Origin: Candidatus Velthaea sp.
Lineage (GTDB): Bacteria; Vulcanimicrobiota; Vulcanimicrobiia; Vulcanimicrobiales; Vulcanimicrobiaceae
Direction of reading: 5' to 3'
DNA: 64,000 nt
NCBI GenBank assembly: GCA_965214935.1
Contig: CBDCCS010000011.1
Coordinates: 160,001 to 224,000, forward strand
Positions 59,428 through 64,000 of the stretch are shown in pieces; the stretch's first letter is position 1, and each line of letters starts with the position of its first letter. The notes beneath the pieces were generated by a model that made no database searches, was not told the DNA's origin, and was given only the letters and a program-made list of their open reading frames with translations. The position numbers and the translations under genes were made by a program.

Positions 59428-60210
59428 TTACAGCATCGGGGTAGCCGTCGGCGAAGCTCCGGGCGCGGCTGACGGTGACGGCGAGTCGGTCGGCGCCGGG
59501 CTGGCCGGCATCGCTGAACCGACCGGAACCGGCACGGGGCTCATCGTGCCGGGGGTTCCGGTCGCTGCCGGCATGGCTGCTGCTGCCGGAGTCGTGATGA
59601 CGAGCGGCACGGCATTTTTCGCTTCGTCGGGAAGGACGACGACGTTTGCCGGATCGTTGTACTTCGTATATTTCATCGTCATCATACCGTTCGTGCACGT
59701 ACGCATGAGATACGATTTCTTATCGTACGTGCACACGAGGTTCGACGCGGCTTGTTGAATCATCGGTGTAGCGGTCGCAGGAGTGGGCGTATCGATTTTT
59801 ATGACCCCGACCGTTACGCCGTTTTCTTGACGGTCGGCCAGCGCCGTACTGTGTGCCTGCTTCATCATATTCGCGATATCGAGCGCTTGTTGCGGACGAT
59901 GTTGCAAATCAACCGTAGTCTTTTGCCAGCCGACCGCCGGCGAGTTGATGTAGACGGTGTTGCCGACAAAGTATGTCTCCATCGTCATGCGCCCCATGTT
60001 CATTTCGCTTTTAAATGCCATCGGGCGCACCACCGTTATGGTTCCGCCGACACCGGTCGTCCCGTTAAATTGCATGACGATGACAAATGAATTTATGGCC
60101 TTAGCGGCCGCGGCGATCTTCGTGCTTATCGACGACGCATCGTCTGCATAGGCCGGGGAAGACAAGGCAAAACATGCGGCGGCAATCGCCGTCAAACGAG
60201 CTACGTTCAT
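59428..60210 (-). CDS. secreted hypothetical protein (beta-rich, LolA-like?) with a Pro/Ala/Thr-rich tail
   Basis: Signal peptide ending SPAYA; KYTKYNDPANVVVLP; low-complexity C-terminus. Confidence 0.7.
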   Translation of the reverse strand: MNVARLTAIAAACFALSSPAYADDASSISTKIAAAAKAINSFVIVMQFNGTTGVGGTITVVRPMAFKSEMNMGRMTMETYFVGNTVYINSPAVGWQKTTVDLQHRPQQALDIANMMKQAHSTALADRQENGVTVGVIKIDTPTPATATPMIQQAASNLVCTYDKKSYLMRTCTNGMMTMKYTKYNDPANVVVLPDEAKNAVPLVITTPAAAAMPAATGTPGTMSPVPVPVGSAMPASPAPTDSPSPSAAPGASPTATPML

Positions 60211-60350
60211 ACGCGCTGCTTCGCCCGCAAAGGCGTTCGCCCCGTTACTCGGCGGCCGTCACGCTTTGATTGCCGGGCGTCGCGAGGCGGAGCGGTTGCA
60301 CTGCTGCGCGATGCCGAGGTCGTGTAAGCCGTTGCGTGCTACATGACCGG

Positions 60351-61304
60351 ATGCAATCTACCAATGCACGGATTGAGTTCGAGTTTGTGCGCGCGACGGA
60401 AGCTGCGGCAATCGCTTCGGCGCTGCTTGTTGGTCGCGGGGACAAAAACGGCGTCGATCAAGCCGCGGTCGATGCCATGCGCGAGGTGCTAGGCGATGTC
60501 GACGTCGACGGCACGGTCGTCATCGGCGAAGGCGAAAAAGATGAAGCGCCGATGTTATATATCGGCGAGGCGCTCGGGACCGGCGATGGGCCGGCGGTCG
60601 ATATTGCGGTCGACCCAATCGACGGTACGACGCTCGCTTCGCGGGGCGGTCCCGGCGCGATTTCCGTCGTGGCGGCAGCGCGCCGCGGGACGCTGTTCAA
60701 AACGCGCATTCCGTATATGGATAAGCTCGTCGTCGGCCCGGCCGGCGCGGGACGCATTTCGCTGGATCGCCCGCTGCGTGAAAATATACGAGCACTCGCC
60801 GATGCGATGCAGCGACCGGTCAGCGAAATAACCGTTGCGATGCTCGACCGGCCGCGCAACGACCATCTCGTGCGTGAAGCGCGGACGGCCGGCGCGCGAA
60901 TCCGCTTATTTACCGACGGTGATGTAGCAACGGCGATCATCGCCGTTTTGTCGGAACGAACGCGAATCGACATGCTCGCCGGAATAGGCGGCGCACCCGA
61001 GGGCGTCGTTACCGCTTGCGCCGTGAAAGCGTTGGGCGGCGACATGCAAGGACGGCTATGGTTACGCAACGATGACGACGCAGCATTTGCCGTTGCCGAA
61101 GGCATCGATCCGGCGCGCACCCTGTGCCTGGACGACTTGTGCGCCGCCGATGGTGCGATACTCGCGGCGACCGGCGTAACCGACGGTGAACTGCTAACCG
61201 GCGTCCGATTTGAAGCCGGGATCGCGTTTACGCAGTCGATCGTGATTTCGGGCCTGACCCGGACGTTGCGGATGCTCGATTGCCAGCACTTTCCGGCGCG
61301 CTGA
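60351..61304 (+). CDS. glpX: class II fructose-1,6-bisphosphatase (possibly FBPase/SBPase)
   Basis: VRATEAAA, VVIGEGEKDEAPML, DIAVDPIDGT, YMDKL, DRPRN, DGDV, GGAPEGV and ATGVTDG motifs. Confidence 0.96.
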   Translation: MQSTNARIEFEFVRATEAAAIASALLVGRGDKNGVDQAAVDAMREVLGDVDVDGTVVIGEGEKDEAPMLYIGEALGTGDGPAVDIAVDPIDGTTLASRGGPGAISVVAAARRGTLFKTRIPYMDKLVVGPAGAGRISLDRPLRENIRALADAMQRPVSEITVAMLDRPRNDHLVREARTAGARIRLFTDGDVATAIIAVLSERTRIDMLAGIGGAPEGVVTACAVKALGGDMQGRLWLRNDDDAAFAVAEGIDPARTLCLDDLCAADGAILAATGVTDGELLTGVRFEAGIAFTQSIVISGLTRTLRMLDCQHFPAR

Positions 61305-61309
61305 AACAG

Positions 61310-61840
61310 ATGCGATTCGAACGGCGCGCCAAGCGGACCGTCTACAGCAATCCCTGGATCCGCTTCGAGGCGCATGACATCGTGCATCCCAATGGGACGC
61401 CCGGCGAGCATGGACTTGTTATTAATCCGCCCGCGAGTGCCGTCGTCGTTTACGACGCCGGCGACGTGTATTTCACTCGTCAGGCACGCTTTGCCGTCGA
61501 CGCGGTGATACTCGAAATTGTCAAAGGCGGCTCTGAAGCCGGTGAATCGGCGCTCGCCGCCGCGCAGCGCGAGACGCGCGAAGAGCTCGGCTTCGAGGCC
61601 GCGCGGTGGGATGCACTTGGCTTTGCTTACGAATTACCGTCGATCGTGCAACATCGCGTTGCGTTATTTCTCGCCCGCGACCTGACGCACGTCGCAACGC
61701 AGCTCGAACGCGTCGAGTCGATCGAAACCGTTCGCCTGCCGTGGGATGCCGCAATGTCGGCAGTCTATGACGGCACGATCGACGACGCTGTAACCGGTCT
61801 TGCCCTGATGCGCGCAGCGCATCTGCTCGCGCAGACGTGA
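61310..61840 (+). CDS. NUDIX hydrolase
   Basis: Nudix box GGSEAGESALAAAQRETREELG. Confidence 0.92.
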   Translation: MRFERRAKRTVYSNPWIRFEAHDIVHPNGTPGEHGLVINPPASAVVVYDAGDVYFTRQARFAVDAVILEIVKGGSEAGESALAAAQRETREELGFEAARWDALGFAYELPSIVQHRVALFLARDLTHVATQLERVESIETVRLPWDAAMSAVYDGTIDDAVTGLALMRAAHLLAQT

Positions 61841-61938
61841 CCGTTCGCTCGATGTGGAAGCCGCCAAGCGGAATTCCCGTGCGCCGAACCGCAGTCTAGC
61901 GTTTCATTATCGACGAAAAGCGAAGGAGCGATTGACGG

Positions 61939-62154
61939 GTGAACGAGCGAGAATTAGCCGGCGAGTCGAACGAAGCCGGTGGGCTGGTCGATAGCGTTTA
62001 CGCTTTACGCCAAGCAGCAATCGACCACGGTCTTGCGCTTGCCAAGTTGCAAGCCAGTCCATCGACTATCGCTCGTGATGAACTGCTCGATACACAAATT
62101 ACACTTGAGGAGAAGACTGCCGCTGCAATCGAGGAATGCGGCGATGCGAAATAA
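61939..62154 (+). CDS. small acidic helical hypothetical protein
   Basis: AAGGAG SD upstream of GTG; 71 aa. Confidence 0.55.
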   Translation: MNERELAGESNEAGGLVDSVYALRQAAIDHGLALAKLQASPSTIARDELLDTQITLEEKTAAAIEECGDAK

Positions 62155-62164
62155 ATGGCAGAAG

Positions 62165-62590
62165 TTAAGATTCTCCGGTTCGATCGCTCGCTGAGGCCGC
62201 TGCAACTCGCGGACCGCGCTTGTATAAGCGCACCAACGTGCCCCCATCCTCGAACGTTACGCGATCCATAAGTTCGCGCATGATCGTGATGCCGAAACCT
62301 CGGACCGACAACGGATCTCGCCGCGGAACCTTTTCAACGTCGAAACCCGGGCCCCGATCGTGGACTGAAATAAGCAATCCGTGCCCGTCGTAAGCGCAGG
62401 TGACTACAATCGACCCGAGGTTGCGCGCTCCATGCTCGACGGCATTGGCCAATGCTTCGCCGGCAGCAAAAACGACATCGCTCAGCTCAACAGACGTAAA
62501 GCCGCAGAGGCGGGCATAATCGGCGACCGCGCATCGCGCTTGATGCACAGAACTGGGCGCGCCACGAAAACGGGCACAGTACGCATTCAC
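62165..62590 (-). CDS. anti-sigma factor / RsbW-like ATP-binding protein (HATPase_c_2)
   Basis: GEALANAVEHG, VHDRGPGF and RGFGITIMRELMDRV motifs. Confidence 0.88.
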   Translation of the reverse strand: MNAYCARFRGAPSSVHQARCAVADYARLCGFTSVELSDVVFAAGEALANAVEHGARNLGSIVVTCAYDGHGLLISVHDRGPGFDVEKVPRRDPLSVRGFGITIMRELMDRVTFEDGGTLVRLYKRGPRVAAASASDRTGES

Positions 62591-63293
62591 TTATCATGCT
62601 TCTCCATCAGACTGTATTTTAAACTTCCTGATGCGGTAGGTCTGAAATCTTGTGCGCTACTTACAAAGCAGAACGTCAGTTCTACATACGCCCGAATTCG
62701 GTCCATGTTATCGGTTGGAGGCAACGCGTGAAGCGCCTCATGCGCTAAACTATTTAGCGTTCTTCGCCGCGGCCGCAATCGTGCAAGGTTTTTAGACTGC
62801 AGCCACATTGGCACGAACGAGCGATCGCGTCGGCACAACCGGCGCCGATCTTTGGCGTTGATGACGTGCATCCTGCCGCACACAGCGCACAAAGACGATC
62901 GGGGACGGGAGTTCAGTAAATATTCTCATCGCGCGACGAGCCGGTGTTGCCGCCGGTCGCACGATCGACGATCAAGGTATCGAAGATCGCATTGCAGCGC
63001 TCGCCCGTGAGACCCGGAGATGCCGAGAGATACGCAGACCGCTTAATGACGGACTAGTGGTCGTTGCGTCGTGGCTCGCGCAATCGGGCCTCGTTTGCCG
63101 GCAACGGCAGGAACTCACCGCTGACGGGATTGAGCTCCGCGCGCTCCGTATGGAAGACGTGCGTCGCGCGGCCGGCTTACGAACGGACGGCAGCGTACGA
63201 GGTGACATCTCTCCGTTCGGACTTCGTCGAGCGAACGCTAAACGAAGACCCTAGCGGCAGAGAACGACCAGAGCTTGGAGCTTGCAGATACGA

Positions 63294-63992
63294 ATGGGCT
63301 CGGCGATCGATGTAGAGCAACAACGGGCGCTTGAGTTGCGCGACGCGCAAATCAAAGCGGGACAGCTTTTCGACGAAGTGCAGCGCCGCGGTCTCATTGC
63401 GCCGGGCGCCACGGAGAAGAGCGTCAACGATGCGATCTTTGCGCTCGCTCAACAGCTGTTCGACATTTCAACGTACTGGCACAAGCGGATCGTTCGCGCC
63501 GGAGTCAACACGCTGACTCCGTATGCAAAGAATCCGCCGAACCGCACGATCGGCAACGACGACATCGTGTTCCTCGATTTCGGTCCCGTGTTCGAGAACT
63601 GGGAGGCGGATTTCGGTCGCACGTTCGTCATCGGCGACGACCCGCTCAAGCTCAAGCTGCAGCATGACGTCGGCCGAGCCTTCGCAGCCGGAAAGCAATA
63701 CTTTAACGAGCATCCGACGCTGACCAGTCGCCAACTTTTTCGCTACGCATGCGACTTAGCGGCAAACGACGGCTGGGAATTCGGCGGACCGATTGCCGGA
63801 CATCTCATCGGTCACTTTCCTCACGAGCGCATAGCCGGTGATAGGATTTCGCTGTACATCCATCCCGAAAACGACACGATTTTGCGGTCGGCCGACGCAC
63901 GCGGCAACAAGCGCCACTGGATTTTTGAGATCCACTTCGTCGATCGCTTACACCGGATCGGCGGTTTCTATGAGGAACTGCTCACGCTGTGA
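63294..63992 (+). CDS. M24 family metallopeptidase
   Basis: WHKRIVRAG, DIVFLDFGPVF..WEADFGRT, GHLIGHFPHE and WIFEIH motifs. Confidence 0.88.
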   Translation: MGSAIDVEQQRALELRDAQIKAGQLFDEVQRRGLIAPGATEKSVNDAIFALAQQLFDISTYWHKRIVRAGVNTLTPYAKNPPNRTIGNDDIVFLDFGPVFENWEADFGRTFVIGDDPLKLKLQHDVGRAFAAGKQYFNEHPTLTSRQLFRYACDLAANDGWEFGGPIAGHLIGHFPHERIAGDRISLYIHPENDTILRSADARGNKRHWIFEIHFVDRLHRIGGFYEELLTL

Positions 63993-64000
63993 TGCAAGCT

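Noticed and set aside
62591..63290. Short ORFs 62587-62892, 62972-63208 and 63057-63254, or a mobile-element remnant
   Set aside because: No recognisable motifs, transposase residues or terminal repeats

Overview
GC-rich bacterial chromosomal window. It is probably from a Terrabacteria lineage such as Ca. Eremiobacterota/WPS-2; this is inferred from gene content and order only. Left to right it holds the following blocks. (1) ~1-13 kb: a surface-glycan/nucleotide-sugar cluster with a B12 radical SAM enzyme cut by the window edge, methyltransferases, GmhB- and HddA-like heptose enzymes, a ColD-like dehydratase, an Fcl/ColC-like reductase and a ThDP E1 alpha/beta pair. (2) 13-18 kb: an ExeA-like ATPase, a DUF11-like protein and two glycosyltransferases. 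(3) 18.4-23.2 kb: a candidate sulfonate (taurine-type) biosynthesis and ligation module made of a TPR-ATP-grasp protein, a PLP decarboxylase, a cysteate synthase and a cysteine dioxygenase. This is the most novel-looking system here. (4) rfbB/rfbA and a DNA-repair trio (inverted-domain photolyase, Fpg/Nei, DUF2256). (5) The core rpsB-tsf-pyrH-frr-(small ORF, no uppS)-cdsA-dxr-rseP-ispG operon. (6) 42-61 kb: a hydrogen-driven carbon-fixation island in which red-type (form IE-like) cbbLSX and divergent cbbR abut a complete group 2a [NiFe]-hydrogenase operon with hypFCDEAB, followed by glpX. I saw no tRNA, rRNA, CRISPR array or mobile element. All product calls come from motif recognition by eye; no database search was run.
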